A DNA stretch of 64,000 bases from a virus (taxonomy: Duplodnaviria > Caudoviricetes), in the IMG/VR virus record IMGVR_UViG_2929541355_000001, positions 1 through 64,000 of that record. The stretch is one strand, 5' to 3'. The position numbers were made by a program, and so were the translations under genes. How positions within the stretch are numbered: position 1 is the first letter of the stretch; the number at the start of each line of letters is the position of its first letter. The notes under the pieces were generated by a model that made no database searches, was not told the origin of the DNA, and was given only the letters and a program-made list of their open reading frames with translations. Below, one piece after another: positions 1 through 9,150 of the stretch.

Positions 1-150
1 CCTCGAATCCGACTCCTGGACCCAGGTCGGCGACCGCATCATCTGCGACCGCCTCGACCCTGCCCACACCGCAGCCCGCGGCGGCCCCAGCCCCCTCCTG
101 CTCCACCCCACCCGCGACGCCATGACCGTCACCCACGCCAGCAGCAGCCC

Positions 151-372
151 ATGACCGAGTACGAGATCGCCTGCCTCGGCAAAACCCCGTTCCCCAGCCG
201 GCGCACTGCCCGACGCAGAGCCCGACAGATACGCGGCGAAGGCGGACCCCACTTCCACACCTACCGGTGCGAATTCTGCGGCGACACGCACATCGGGCAC
301 ACCGCAGGCCACGCCACCTACCTCCGCGCCGGACGCCACGGCCCCATACCCGTACAGGAGTACGCAGCATGA
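151..372 (+). CDS. small Zn-binding hypothetical phage protein
   Basis: ORF with C...YRCEFC...H motif; ATGA overlap with next gene. Confidence 0.6.
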   Translation: MTEYEIACLGKTPFPSRRTARRRARQIRGEGGPHFHTYRCEFCGDTHIGHTAGHATYLRAGRHGPIPVQEYAA

Positions 373-1118
373 CCACCGCCCCTGACGCTCCAGCCGACGA
401 GACGTTCAACGTGTACCTCGCTGGCGAACAGATCAACGAAAGCCTCGGCCTCGGCTACGTCTACATCACCACCCCCCTCGGCAACGTACGCATGACCGCC
501 GAAGAGGCCGACCGCCTTGGATCAGCCCTCCAATGCGCCGCCGCCACCGACCGCCGGATGAACCTCTCCGACACCGAGGCCGTCAACCCGTACCTCGATC
601 CGTACCCGTGGTCAGCCGAGCCCGCCCTCACCGTCACCGTCTACGGGCTCCCAGCGGCCCAGGGCAGCAAGGCATACAAGGGCCACCGCACCGACAAAGC
701 CACCGGGCGCCGGCTCCCCGTCCTCGTAGAGCAGTCCAAGCGTGTGAAGCCCTGGCGGGCCCGCGTTCAGGAAGCCGCCACTCAGACCCTCATCGTCAAG
801 CACGTCCGGCGATACGGCGGATACCCCGCCGGGGGCGCAACGCCGCTCCGCGGCCCTGTCCGTATCGACGTCGCCTTCACGATGAAGAAACCCACCAGCG
901 CACGGAAGACGATCCGCACCTACCCGGCCGTCAGCCCCGACCTGGACAAGGTCCTCCGCTCCACTTTTGACGCCCTCACCCAGGCCAAAGCGTGGGAAGA
1001 CGACGGCCGCGTCATCGAGATCCACACAACCCAGTGCTACCCCGGCGAGCACCCCGACGCCCTCGACCAGCCCGGCGCCATCATCCGCCTCTACACCCTC
1101 ACCGGAGACCCGTCATGA
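369..1118 (+). CDS. rusA: RusA-like Holliday junction resolvase with N-terminal extension
   Basis: motifs VYGLPAAQGSK, PDLDKVLRSTFDAL, WEDDGRV; ATG at 369 overlaps upstream stop. Confidence 0.85.
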   Translation: MTTAPDAPADETFNVYLAGEQINESLGLGYVYITTPLGNVRMTAEEADRLGSALQCAAATDRRMNLSDTEAVNPYLDPYPWSAEPALTVTVYGLPAAQGSKAYKGHRTDKATGRRLPVLVEQSKRVKPWRARVQEAATQTLIVKHVRRYGGYPAGGATPLRGPVRIDVAFTMKKPTSARKTIRTYPAVSPDLDKVLRSTFDALTQAKAWEDDGRVIEIHTTQCYPGEHPDALDQPGAIIRLYTLTGDPS

Positions 1119-1801
1119 CCATCCTCAACGCCGGAACCCGCCGTCACACAACATGGGCCGCAAGCGCCCCCGCCACACCGGACTGGAAGACCCGCAGCAT
1201 CTGCCGCACCGGCGAGATGTCGGACGACTTCTTCAGCACGTCCACGGCCGCCACGAAGCGGGCGCGGGCCCTGTGCCTGGGGTGCCCCGTCATCGTCGAG
1301 TGCCTGAACAACCAGCGGCAGGTCGACGACACGATCTACCGGTGGGGTGTTGGTGGAGGTCTCGACCCGGATCAGCGGCGGGCTCTGGAGTTGGAGGAGC
1401 TGCTCGGTCACGTTCCGAATCTGGGGATGGCCCGGGTGTTGGTGTCGCCGCGGTGGTTGTACCAGCTGAAGTCGTTGCGGTCCCGGTGCCGGTCGCTGGA
1501 GGACCTGGTGGCGGCGCTCCGCGAGGACGGGCTGATCGTGGATGAGGTGACGGTTCGAGTCGCGGTGTGGTGGTCCGGTGGTGAGGGGGCACGCATGGCC
1601 CGCCTGGCCCCCGATGACCGACGGTCGTGGCGGCAGCAGCTGCGGGACGACTACACGGGGGTGGTTTTGGCCCTGCACGAGCTGGGTGCCCGGCGTGCCG
1701 ACATCGCCGCGTACCTGGGGAACCCGGGCACGAACGCGGCGAAGGGTGTCTCCGAGATCGTCAACGCGGCCGCGAAGGCCGGGATGGAGTTGGCGGCATG
1801 A
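1115..1801 (+). CDS. WhiB-family Fe-S transcription factor with C-terminal extension
   Basis: W...C-x22-C-x2-CPV-x2-C and GVGGG turn (variant of GVWGG). Confidence 0.85.
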   Translation: MTILNAGTRRHTTWAASAPATPDWKTRSICRTGEMSDDFFSTSTAATKRARALCLGCPVIVECLNNQRQVDDTIYRWGVGGGLDPDQRRALELEELLGHVPNLGMARVLVSPRWLYQLKSLRSRCRSLEDLVAALREDGLIVDEVTVRVAVWWSGGEGARMARLAPDDRRSWRQQLRDDYTGVVLALHELGARRADIAAYLGNPGTNAAKGVSEIVNAAAKAGMELAA

Positions 1802-2592
1802 GCATTCCGACTGCTGTGCAGCGCGGTGACCTTGCGGAGTCGATGCTGCCTGTTGCCGCGCACATGGCGGCCCTGGTTCACGGCGACGGTGGGCCGGAGG
1901 ATGTTCAGGAGACCTTGCAGCCCCTCACGGAGGAGCAGCGCAACGCCTTGATCGTGGTCCTGGCCGGCCTTGTCGACCCGGACCAGCCGATGGGGAAGCT
2001 CCTCGGCTGGCTGGACCGTAACGAGCATGGCGCCCTGACCGTCCCGAACTGGGGCGATCGCACTCCGCTCCGAGACCTTGCGCCCGAGCCCGAGGTGGGC
2101 GACGACTACATCGACCCGATTGCAGTCGACCAGTACATTCTGGGCGCCCGCATCGAGGTGACGGACAACGAGTTCCTTGCCGTTCTGGGTCGGGCTGCGG
2201 CGCTGGGCCTGTCGATGGGGGAACTCGACCGCCGGCGCGGGGTGTCGCGGGGCATGAACGGTGACCGGGTCAACCGGATGCGGAAGGCGTACCAGCGGGC
2301 CGGCCTCGCCGCCCCCGCAGTCCTGGCACCCCAAGCACAGAAGCAGCCCGAGTTCACCAACGCCGAAGTCATCGAGATCCGTGAGAAGTACGCCGCGGGC
2401 GGGATCACGGACCTGGAGCTGTCGATGCAGTACGGGCGGACCCGGAAGAGCATCTCGTGCCTGCTGTCCGGGACGAGCTACCGGGACGCGGGCGGCCCGA
2501 TCCGCCCCGCACGGATACCCCGGCCGAAGGAAGAGTCGCGGGCCGGGTCCAACGGGCACACAGGGCCCGCCGATGTCGCACAAGCAAGCTGA
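1798..2592 (+). CDS. HTH-containing hypothetical DNA-binding protein
   Basis: C-terminal EVIEIREKYAAGGITDLELSMQYGRTRKSIS HTH-like segment. Confidence 0.6.
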   Translation: MSIPTAVQRGDLAESMLPVAAHMAALVHGDGGPEDVQETLQPLTEEQRNALIVVLAGLVDPDQPMGKLLGWLDRNEHGALTVPNWGDRTPLRDLAPEPEVGDDYIDPIAVDQYILGARIEVTDNEFLAVLGRAAALGLSMGELDRRRGVSRGMNGDRVNRMRKAYQRAGLAAPAVLAPQAQKQPEFTNAEVIEIREKYAAGGITDLELSMQYGRTRKSISCLLSGTSYRDAGGPIRPARIPRPKEESRAGSNGHTGPADVAQAS

Positions 2593-2610
2593 CGAGAGAA
2601 GGAACAGAAC

Positions 2611-3144
2611 ATGGCTGGCGAGACAGTGATCACCGTATGCGGCAATCTGGTCGACGATCCGGAGCTCCGGTTCACCCCTAGCGGCGCCGCGGTGGCGAAG
2701 TTCCGGGTGGCGTCCGTGCCGCGGGTGATGAACAAGGAGACGCAGCAGTGGGAGGACGCGAAGGACGGGTTGTTCCTGACGTGCTCGGTGTGGCGGCAGG
2801 CTGCTGAGAACGCTGCTGAGACGTTGTCGCGGGGTATGCGGGTCATTGTGCAGGGCCGGCTGAAGCAGCGGTCGTACGAGGACGGCCAGGGTGTGAAGCG
2901 GACCGTGTACGAGCTGGATGTCGACGACGTCGGGCCGAGCCTGAAGAACGCCACGGCGAAGGTGACGAAGACGGCGGGTGGGCAGCGTCCGGAGGTGCAG
3001 CAGGCGGCGCGTCAGCAGGGCGCAGCGTCGGCGGGGGATCCGTGGGCGCAGGGCACGCCGGGGACGCAGCCGTCGGGCGGCGGTGGTTGGGGGCAGCAGG
3101 CCGGCGGCCAGCAGGGCGGAGGGGATTCCGAGCCCCCGTTCTAG
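2611..3144 (+). CDS. ssb: single-stranded DNA-binding protein
   Basis: [32 protein letters not shown]-terminus, Gly/Gln tail ending DSEPPF. Confidence 0.97.
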   Translation: MAGETVITVCGNLVDDPELRFTPSGAAVAKFRVASVPRVMNKETQQWEDAKDGLFLTCSVWRQAAENAAETLSRGMRVIVQGRLKQRSYEDGQGVKRTVYELDVDDVGPSLKNATAKVTKTAGGQRPEVQQAARQQGAASAGDPWAQGTPGTQPSGGGGWGQQAGGQQGGGDSEPPF

Positions 3145-3162
3145 AGGACGCGTGAGCGGTTG

Positions 3163-3193
3163 AGGGTCCGGTCCTTCGGGGTCGGGCCCTTTG
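3163..3193 (+). terminator. intrinsic terminator after ssb
   Basis: AGGGTCCGGTCC-TTCG-GGGTCGGGCCCT then TTG; C(UUCG)G loop. Confidence 0.75.
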
Positions 3194-3218
3194 TCGTGCC
3201 CGAGTTCCGTCATTCGTA

Positions 3219-3248
3219 TTGCACGTGCACTAGAAATGTGGGTACTCT
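3219..3248 (+). promoter_or_regulatory. HrdB-like promoter with GCACGTGCACTA element
   Basis: TTGCAC-N18-TACTCT upstream of RBS/ATG at 3302; near-twin at 20554-20583. Confidence 0.65.
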
Positions 3249-3301
3249 GGCATAGCCGACAACGACCCGAACCCAGGGTCGGAGCGAACAAGGGAACTCA
3301 C

Positions 3302-3449
3302 ATGGCCACGAAGAACCCCACCAAGCGGTACCCCCTTCACCGTCTGGGTCGGACGTTTCCCGCACTACTTCAACCTTCGCGAGAAGGCGGACTCCTGCGC
3401 CCGCCTCTACGGCGTGAGCGTCACCGTGAACAAGGTCTCCGCAAAGTGA
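3302..3449 (+). pseudogene. small ORF apparently frameshifted at C5 run 3331-3335
   Basis: removing one C gives high-GC3 reading MATKNPTKRYPFTVWVGRFPHYFNLREKADSCARLYGVSVTVNKVSAK ending in a GTGA overlap. Confidence 0.5.
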
Positions 3450-3553
3450 ACTGCGACTGCGGAAGCTGCGGCAACACCTGCTGCCCCCACGACGCCAACT
3501 GCACTTCCCAGCAGGTCCAGCCGTCCGACCCCAGCGACGACTACGGGCTCTGA
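3446..3553 (+). CDS. 35-aa Cys-rich peptide
   Basis: GTG start overlapping upstream stop; MNCDCGSCGNTCCPHDANCTSQQVQPSDPSDDYGL, high GC3. Confidence 0.45.
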   Translation: MNCDCGSCGNTCCPHDANCTSQQVQPSDPSDDYGL

Positions 3554-3659
3554 CCACCTGACCGGTCTCCCCACCCCCTGGGAGACCACCCGGGCCGCAC
3601 CCTCACCCCTCCCGAGGGTGCGGCCCCACCCCCTTCCTGAGACGAGACGGGAGAACCCC

Positions 3660-3986
3660 ATGCCCGATACCGCCACCTGCCGGATCAAGGACTGCGGCCG
3701 GCCCCGCGCCCACTACCGCACCATCTGCCAGACCCACCGGCAGCGCATCCGGAAGTGGGGCGACCCGCACTTCACGCAGTGGGGGACCGCAGACATGCAG
3801 GACGTCGAACTCATCGCGAGGGACCGGCGGCCGGCCGAGGGGCTGACCCGGTTGGAGCGTGTCCTGGTCGCCCGCGGCCTCACCGCCCGACAGGTTCCCG
3901 CGCATGAGGTTGCCCGCATCGTCGGTGTTGAGCAGCGCACCGTCGAGCGGTGGCGGGCCAAGGACCGGCAGGAGGCCGCGGCGTGA
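3660..3986 (+). CDS. Zn-finger + HTH DNA-binding protein
   Basis: CRIKDC...CQTH...WGDP Zn module; C-terminal AHEVARIVGVEQRTVERWR HTH. Confidence 0.75.
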   Translation: MPDTATCRIKDCGRPRAHYRTICQTHRQRIRKWGDPHFTQWGTADMQDVELIARDRRPAEGLTRLERVLVARGLTARQVPAHEVARIVGVEQRTVERWRAKDRQEAAA

Positions 3987-4132
3987 GCGCCCCGACCCCG
4001 GAGCAGCGTGCCGAGATCCGAGCCCTGCTCGCCGAACGCCGCGCCCGCCTCTACGCCTGGGACCGGTTCACCGCCAGTGCCCGCCGTACCGCCCGGACCA
4101 CCATTCGCAACTCCCGGAAGGAACCTCGATGA
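3983..4132 (+). CDS. hypothetical protein
   Basis: GTGA/ATGA-coupled in operon. Confidence 0.5.
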   Translation: MSAPTPEQRAEIRALLAERRARLYAWDRFTASARRTARTTIRNSRKEPR

Positions 4133-4524
4133 CCACCCACACCACCCCCCGCGTTCAGGCCGGCGTCAACGCGGTCACCGTGATGCTCCTGAACAAGTAC
4201 TCCCGCCGTTTCACTCACCGGGCGCCCGGTGACTCCCGGGACGTGTGGCAGCTCGTCGCGGACTTCCTCCAGGACCAGGGCCTTCTCCGCGACAAGGACG
4301 CAGACACCAAAGTCCAGCACTTCCAAGCGCAGGTCCGCATCGCTGACGCCCAGGCACGGGCGTCCCGTGCACATGCCGCACAGATGACCAGCCTGGCCCG
4401 TGCCGCCCTCAACACCCTGCCCGACGACGACCCGAAGAAGGCTCGGGCGAAGCAGCGGCTCGATGACGCCCGACGCGGCTTCCAGACCCAGCTGCAGCAG
4501 GCCGGCCGCACTAACACCAACTGA
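4129..4524 (+). CDS. hypothetical protein
   Basis: [10 protein letters not shown], coupled, high GC3. Confidence 0.6.
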   Translation: MTTHTTPRVQAGVNAVTVMLLNKYSRRFTHRAPGDSRDVWQLVADFLQDQGLLRDKDADTKVQHFQAQVRIADAQARASRAHAAQMTSLARAALNTLPDDDPKKARAKQRLDDARRGFQTQLQQAGRTNTN

Positions 4525-4535
4525 AAGGCGCTCCG

Positions 4536-4754
4536 ATGAACACGCCCAACCCCCACTCCGATGACGCTACGCAGCCCTACCAGTCCCGCGCTCTCCCTCC
4601 CCGCAACACCCCTTGCGCCTGCGGCCATGCCGGGCTGGACCACCATCACGCCGGCACGAAGTGCTGGGCGAACCTGCCCCGCACGATCGGACCGAACGGA
4701 GTCTGGGGCCCGGTCCGGGTCTGCACCTGTGCAGGGTTCAAGGTCGCCCCGTGA
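4536..4754 (+). CDS. small Cys/His-rich hypothetical protein
   Basis: CACGH...H...C...CTC motif; RBS GAAAGG. Confidence 0.6.
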   Translation: MNTPNPHSDDATQPYQSRALPPRNTPCACGHAGLDHHHAGTKCWANLPRTIGPNGVWGPVRVCTCAGFKVAP

Positions 4755-5038
4755 CCGCCGCCCGTGCCCGTCTCGCCGCCATGGTCACGTTCGCTGCGCA
4801 GGCTGACAGGGATGAGTTCGACTCCCGGGTCGAAAACGTCGTCGTTGCCGAGATCAGGAAACACGTCCTCGCCAACCGGCGGGACGCTGTGCAGGCGCAG
4901 ATGCGGATCGCTCAGCTGGAGAAGGCGCTGTGTCAGTGCGAGCCCGAACGTGAGCACGCCGACTACAGCATGCCGGCCGAGTACGTGCACGCCGCGGACT
5001 GTGCAGTCACGGCCGCCTTGCAGGCGGCCACCCCGTGA
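4751..5038 (+). CDS. hypothetical protein
   Basis: coupled ORF, CQC...HAADC motif. Confidence 0.55.
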   Translation: MTAARARLAAMVTFAAQADRDEFDSRVENVVVAEIRKHVLANRRDAVQAQMRIAQLEKALCQCEPEREHADYSMPAEYVHAADCAVTAALQAATP

Positions 5039-5220
5039 GCACCCACATCCGTCACCAGGCCGCACCGAACCCGGACGGCTGCCGGTGGTGCGGCTTTGAC
5101 CGCCCCCACGGCTGGCAGTACCTGCCGTCGGTCGGCCTCCACCAGTGGGGGCCGCCCACCAACGCCCAACGCCTCGCCCGCATGAAGGCCCGCCGCAACG
5201 CCCGGAAGGACACCCGATGA
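5035..5220 (+). CDS. small hypothetical phage protein
   Basis: PDGCRWCG...H...PT..QRLARMKARR, a type seen in Streptomyces phages. Confidence 0.6.
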   Translation: MSTHIRHQAAPNPDGCRWCGFDRPHGWQYLPSVGLHQWGPPTNAQRLARMKARRNARKDTR

Positions 5221-5717
5221 CCGCTGCCCTGCACCCCGACGCCGCCCTCGCGAAACACCGGACGCTGAAGCACTGGAACGAAGCCGAGCACGGCCGGCCT
5301 GCACGAACCGAGTACCTGACCGGATGGGATGTGAGCAGGACTGGCAACGGGTCGCTGCTGCTGTCCGCCCGGGTGGTGGGGCCGGATCCGGGGGCAGCGT
5401 TGCGGGAGTTCGGTGCGTGGCAGCAGATGCGTCTGGCCCGCTGGGTTGACCCGGCCATGGGGGATCAGTCGCCGCTTCTCGACTTCTCCGTCCCGGGCCG
5501 TACGGCGTTCACGTGGCGGATGGACGGGGTGTGGGTGGAGGTGTGGCATCCGAACACGCCCGCACCGGTCCCGGGGCCGGTGCGGGCCGCACAGACCCCT
5601 TCCCGGCCCGTTCCCGCCCCGCCCGTACAGCGCCCCACCGTCAGCACGCCGTCCGGGCGGCTTCCCCTCAGCCGCCTCGCCCGCATCCGCCGCACCCTCA
5701 CCACGAAGGAGAACTGA
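5217..5717 (+). CDS. hypothetical protein
   Basis: coupled ORF with RBS GAAGGA. Confidence 0.6.
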   Translation: MTAALHPDAALAKHRTLKHWNEAEHGRPARTEYLTGWDVSRTGNGSLLLSARVVGPDPGAALREFGAWQQMRLARWVDPAMGDQSPLLDFSVPGRTAFTWRMDGVWVEVWHPNTPAPVPGPVRAAQTPSRPVPAPPVQRPTVSTPSGRLPLSRLARIRRTLTTKEN

Positions 5718-5719
5718 CC

Positions 5720-6118
5720 ATGACCGACGCCACTGCCGAGGCTGCTGACACCGACGTCGATGCGTCGCCCGGCACGCTTCGTACCGACCTGGCCCAACTG
5801 CACCTTCGTGCCAGCGTCTCACCGCTTCCCAAGCACCCGGCCGCAATGGGATGGCAGATGACCGCCGGAAGTCTGGCCGCACTCGCCAGCCGCCTCCTCG
5901 ACGTCGTCCAGTCCACCGCACCGGACAAGGCCGCAGAGATCGCCGCGTGGTTCGCCGGACCGTTCGGTGACGGGCCGGACCTTGAGGAGCACCACGACTG
6001 GGTCACGGACCACGTCGCGGGCAGCTGGGACGTCACCGAGGCCTGGATTCAGGAAGCCAGGCAGCTCGCCGTACAGGCCCAGCAGGCCACAGCACACCAT
6101 GAGACGAAGGAGAACTGA
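5720..6118 (+). CDS. hypothetical protein
   Basis: strong RBS AAGGAG. Confidence 0.65.
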   Translation: MTDATAEAADTDVDASPGTLRTDLAQLHLRASVSPLPKHPAAMGWQMTAGSLAALASRLLDVVQSTAPDKAAEIAAWFAGPFGDGPDLEEHHDWVTDHVAGSWDVTEAWIQEARQLAVQAQQATAHHETKEN

Positions 6119-6121
6119 CCC

Positions 6122-6571
6122 ATGTCCGACATCCACACGCACTTCAGCTTCTCGTACGCCAACTACCTGGTGCTCCCTCGCACCCTGCTCCAGTCCATGC
6201 CCGCCGAGTGGCAGCACCAGTTCGTCGCCCTGCTTGAGCAGATGGACACCGCGTTCGTGCACCAGGAGCAGGCCGAGGCGTACGAGGTCATCCCCAGCAC
6301 CGAGCACATCGTCGGCGAGATGACCGACCTGCAGCTGAAGATGGCCGGCATCAGCGCCGACCTGTACGGCGGGGAGAAGCCTTCGGTCGACCTGGTGGGC
6401 GAGGACCTCTTGGAGTGGCAGGAGAAGCACGAGACCGCCCGCCCGTCGTACTCCCGAAACGGTGAGGAGCTGGACGCCGGCGAGCGGGTGCTGATTCCTA
6501 CGCTCGACCCGGTGCCGCACTACAACCGCGGCCGCACCCATGTGGAGCCGCGGCTGGGCGGCGATCAGTGA
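6122..6571 (+). CDS. hypothetical phage protein
   Basis: IHTHFSFSYANYLVLPRTLLQSMP..WQ and DPVPHYNRGR; strong RBS. Confidence 0.75.
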   Translation: MSDIHTHFSFSYANYLVLPRTLLQSMPAEWQHQFVALLEQMDTAFVHQEQAEAYEVIPSTEHIVGEMTDLQLKMAGISADLYGGEKPSVDLVGEDLLEWQEKHETARPSYSRNGEELDAGERVLIPTLDPVPHYNRGRTHVEPRLGGDQ

Positions 6572-7119
6572 CCGCCCCCGTGCAGGTGGGCCCGTCGCCG
6601 GTTGGTGGCGGGCCCACGGTTTTTCAGGACCGTGACGAGCTCCTGGCCGACGTCGGTGACCGTATCCGTGCCGAACGCCGCGCCCTTGGCTGGTCGCAGG
6701 AGCAGCTCGGGCAGCGCAGCAACATGTCGTGGCGGGCCATCAAGCGCCTGGAGCACGGCGAGACGAGCCTGCCACTGCTCGTCCTCGCTGACGTGTGCAA
6801 CGGGCTGGGCGTGTCCATGAGCGGGCTGCTGTCCGAGCAGTGGGTGATGCCGGCCGTCCCGCCGAGACGGCGCGGCGTCCCGTCCGTGCTGTCGCCGCGG
6901 ATGGCTGCTGTTCTCCGGGCAGCAGTGCCTGGGGTTCCGCTGACGCAGGTTGCGCTGCAGTTGGGGATGCCGAGGCCGGTCGTGTCGTCTCGGTTGTCGG
7001 AGGCGTACCGGGTGTTGGGGGTGTCGGATCTGCCGCGTGATGAGCGGAGGGCGGCGGCGATGCGGGTTGCTGAGGCGCGCGGGCTACTGGCTCCCGTCCG
7101 GGTGGTCGACGCAGCGTGA
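6568..7119 (+). CDS. XRE-HTH + LuxR-like HTH transcriptional regulator
   Basis: RIRAERRALGWSQEQLG...IKRLEHG; second LSPRMAAVL...VALQLGMP..VVSSRLSEAYRVLGV. Confidence 0.8.
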   Translation: MTAPVQVGPSPVGGGPTVFQDRDELLADVGDRIRAERRALGWSQEQLGQRSNMSWRAIKRLEHGETSLPLLVLADVCNGLGVSMSGLLSEQWVMPAVPPRRRGVPSVLSPRMAAVLRAAVPGVPLTQVALQLGMPRPVVSSRLSEAYRVLGVSDLPRDERRAAAMRVAEARGLLAPVRVVDAA

Positions 7120-7247
7120 CCGGTTGAGGTGTGCGGCGGCCCGGTTCTTGATCGAACTATCCCCGCCGCCCCGACCGGAGACCCCTACCCAGCAGTACAC
7201 CCCACTTGTTCGTAACCCGCCGTCACATCCCCGCCCTTGGAGGGCTC

Positions 7248-7451
7248 ATGTTCCGTAAGCAGTTCAGCACTGCCCTGATCGTCATGTGGTTTGCCGCCGG
7301 TGCCGTGTTCGGTGGCATCTGGTACCTGTCCACTGGTCACCTGCCGCCTCTGTGGGCGCGTATAGCCGCGCCCGTCGCCTTGTACCCCGTCCTGACACCG
7401 CTTGAGGCTGCTCTGGCTCGGCGCAGCAGCCGCCGCGGAGCAGTGTCGTGA
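7248..7451 (+). CDS. small two-TM membrane protein
   Basis: RBS GGAGG; two hydrophobic stretches. Confidence 0.55.
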   Translation: MFRKQFSTALIVMWFAAGAVFGGIWYLSTGHLPPLWARIAAPVALYPVLTPLEAALARRSSRRGAVS

Positions 7452-7681
7452 TGCCGCCCCGCCGCCGCGCGGACTGCCGGTTCTGCACACGGCGCCCCGC
7501 CGTCACCCAGGACGGCCGGCTCTGGCCCCACGGCCCGATACAGGCCCGGTGCCGTGGCTCCCGCCGGTGGCCCGCCACCCACGACCAACCCCGCCGCTAC
7601 TGGCCGACCCGGCACCACGGACGCCACGTCGTCACCATCCCCGGACCCGACACCTGGAACCCCAAGGAGATCGCAGCATGA
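7448..7681 (+). CDS. hypothetical Zn-binding protein
   Basis: CRFC...H...CRGS motif. Confidence 0.45.
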   Translation: MMPPRRRADCRFCTRRPAVTQDGRLWPHGPIQARCRGSRRWPATHDQPRRYWPTRHHGRHVVTIPGPDTWNPKEIAA

Positions 7682-7962
7682 CCGCACAGCAGACACCCCT
7701 GTGGGAGCGGCTCACCGAACTGAGCAGGCTCAACGACGGCTGGCTCGACGGCTACGGCAAGGCGCCCGCTGAAGAGGTCCTCCAGCTCGCCGGGAAGATC
7801 GCGACCGCGCTCCCGCACACGCTCGGCCAGATCCTCATCACGCCCACGGAAGCAGGGGGTGTCCAGCTCGAATGGTCTGACCAGCACGGTGGCCACGAGA
7901 TTGAGGTGATGCCGGACCTGCACCTGTTCCTGCTCACCGTCGAGCCTGAGGGATCGAGCTGA
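7678..7962 (+). CDS. hypothetical protein
   Basis: L..L.DGWLDGYGKAP...ITPT.AGGVQLEW; RBS AAGGAG. Confidence 0.65.
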   Translation: MTAQQTPLWERLTELSRLNDGWLDGYGKAPAEEVLQLAGKIATALPHTLGQILITPTEAGGVQLEWSDQHGGHEIEVMPDLHLFLLTVEPEGSS

Positions 7963-8156
7963 TGCCGCAGAAGTGGACGGGTCTGTGTGGCTACTGCGAG
8001 CGTGAGTACGTCCTGACCAAGGGCATGCGGCTCCGGAAGCATCAGGCCGATCCTCGCGAGTTCGGCAGAGAGAGCAGGTACCACGTCTGCCCGGGGTCCA
8101 ACGGCATTCCGATAGCCCGTCGAGCGGTAGCACCCCAACGGAGGTGGACGTGGTGA
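7962..8156 (+). CDS. hypothetical Zn-binding protein
   Basis: CGYC...LRKH...CPGS. Confidence 0.5.
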   Translation: MPQKWTGLCGYCEREYVLTKGMRLRKHQADPREFGRESRYHVCPGSNGIPIARRAVAPQRRWTW

Positions 8157-8800
8157 CGCCCCGGAACTCGGCGGCTGCGAAGGCTGCCGCTCTGCGCGCG
8201 GGCGCCGGCCGTGGGCCGCAGGCGAACGATGAGGCAGCCCAGTGGGAGCGGGGGGCGAAGGGTGAGGAAGCCACGGTGCGTCTCCTGCGTGCTCTGAATG
8301 GTCCGTGGTGGCGTCGGTGGCTTCTGCGGGCGCTGGGACGGCCGGGGTGGGTGGTTCGGCACGACCTCCGATTACGGGGCCGCCGCTTCAATGTCGATCA
8401 CGTTGGCGTGTCGCCGTGCGGGACGGCGGTGGTGGTCCTGGACACGAAGGCCTGGCACCGCGGCCGTACCACCGCAGCACCGGGAGGTCGGGTGCACTGC
8501 GGCCTGGAGGACCGACACGACGAGGTGGAGAAGGTCGTGAAGTACGCGCGGCTCATCCAGACGGCGCTGAACATGCCGGGGGTGACGGTGCTGCCGCTGA
8601 TGGTGGTGCACGGTTCCCCGGTGGCCGGCGGGTTCCTCCAGGCGCGGGTGACGGGGTGGGAGGGGCCGGTGTACGTGCTGGGCCCGGACCGGCTGCTCCC
8701 CACGTTGGCCGGCGCTCCGAAGGTGACGGATGCGCGGCGCGCGGCCGCGGTGGTGGCCCGGGTCGATTCGGTGCTTACGCCGTACACGGAGCCTGGCTGA
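8153..8800 (+). CDS. NERD-domain (PD-(D/E)xK) nuclease; contains a TTA codon
   Basis: WERGAKGEE...HDLRL...NVDHV...VVVLDTKAW; TTA at 8372-8374 in frame. Confidence 0.85.
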   Translation: MTPRNSAAAKAAALRAGAGRGPQANDEAAQWERGAKGEEATVRLLRALNGPWWRRWLLRALGRPGWVVRHDLRLRGRRFNVDHVGVSPCGTAVVVLDTKAWHRGRTTAAPGGRVHCGLEDRHDEVEKVVKYARLIQTALNMPGVTVLPLMVVHGSPVAGGFLQARVTGWEGPVYVLGPDRLLPTLAGAPKVTDARRAAAVVARVDSVLTPYTEPG

Positions 8801-8833
8801 GTCGTACGGTCGGCGCGGGTGCCGCCCAAGCAG

Positions 8834-8868
8834 AGCGGCCCACTGTCCCCAGGGGATGGTGGGCTGCT
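8834..8868. terminator. hairpin between convergent genes
   Basis: AGCGGCCCACTGTCCCC/GGGGATGGTGGGCTGCT inverted repeat. Confidence 0.6.
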
Positions 8869-8877
8869 TCTCTGCGT

Positions 8878-9150
8878 TCAGAGCAGGGGGCGGCACGCTG
8901 GGGTGTCGGTGTCCGCAGTGGGTAGCGGGCGGTGCCCTTCATCCCAGTGGTTGGACCAGGAGCACAGCCCGCACGCGTACCGGCCGTCGAGCCCGAACAC
9001 TTCGGCTTCGCAGCCGCGGCACCGTGTGCTGGTGATCTCGGGCGCGTACGTAGGGGCGGGGGCGGCGGAGGACCAGCCGCATTGGTTGGTGCAGGTCCAG
9101 GACCCGTCGGGGCCCTGTGCGGCTGCTGCGCCGCAGTTTCCGCATTGCAT
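8878..9150 (-). CDS. double Zn-ribbon protein
   Basis: RBS GGAGG; CGNC...CTNQC and CRGC...CGLC. Confidence 0.6.
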   Translation of the reverse strand: MQCGNCGAAAAQGPDGSWTCTNQCGWSSAAPAPTYAPEITSTRCRGCEAEVFGLDGRYACGLCSWSNHWDEGHRPLPTADTDTPACRPLL

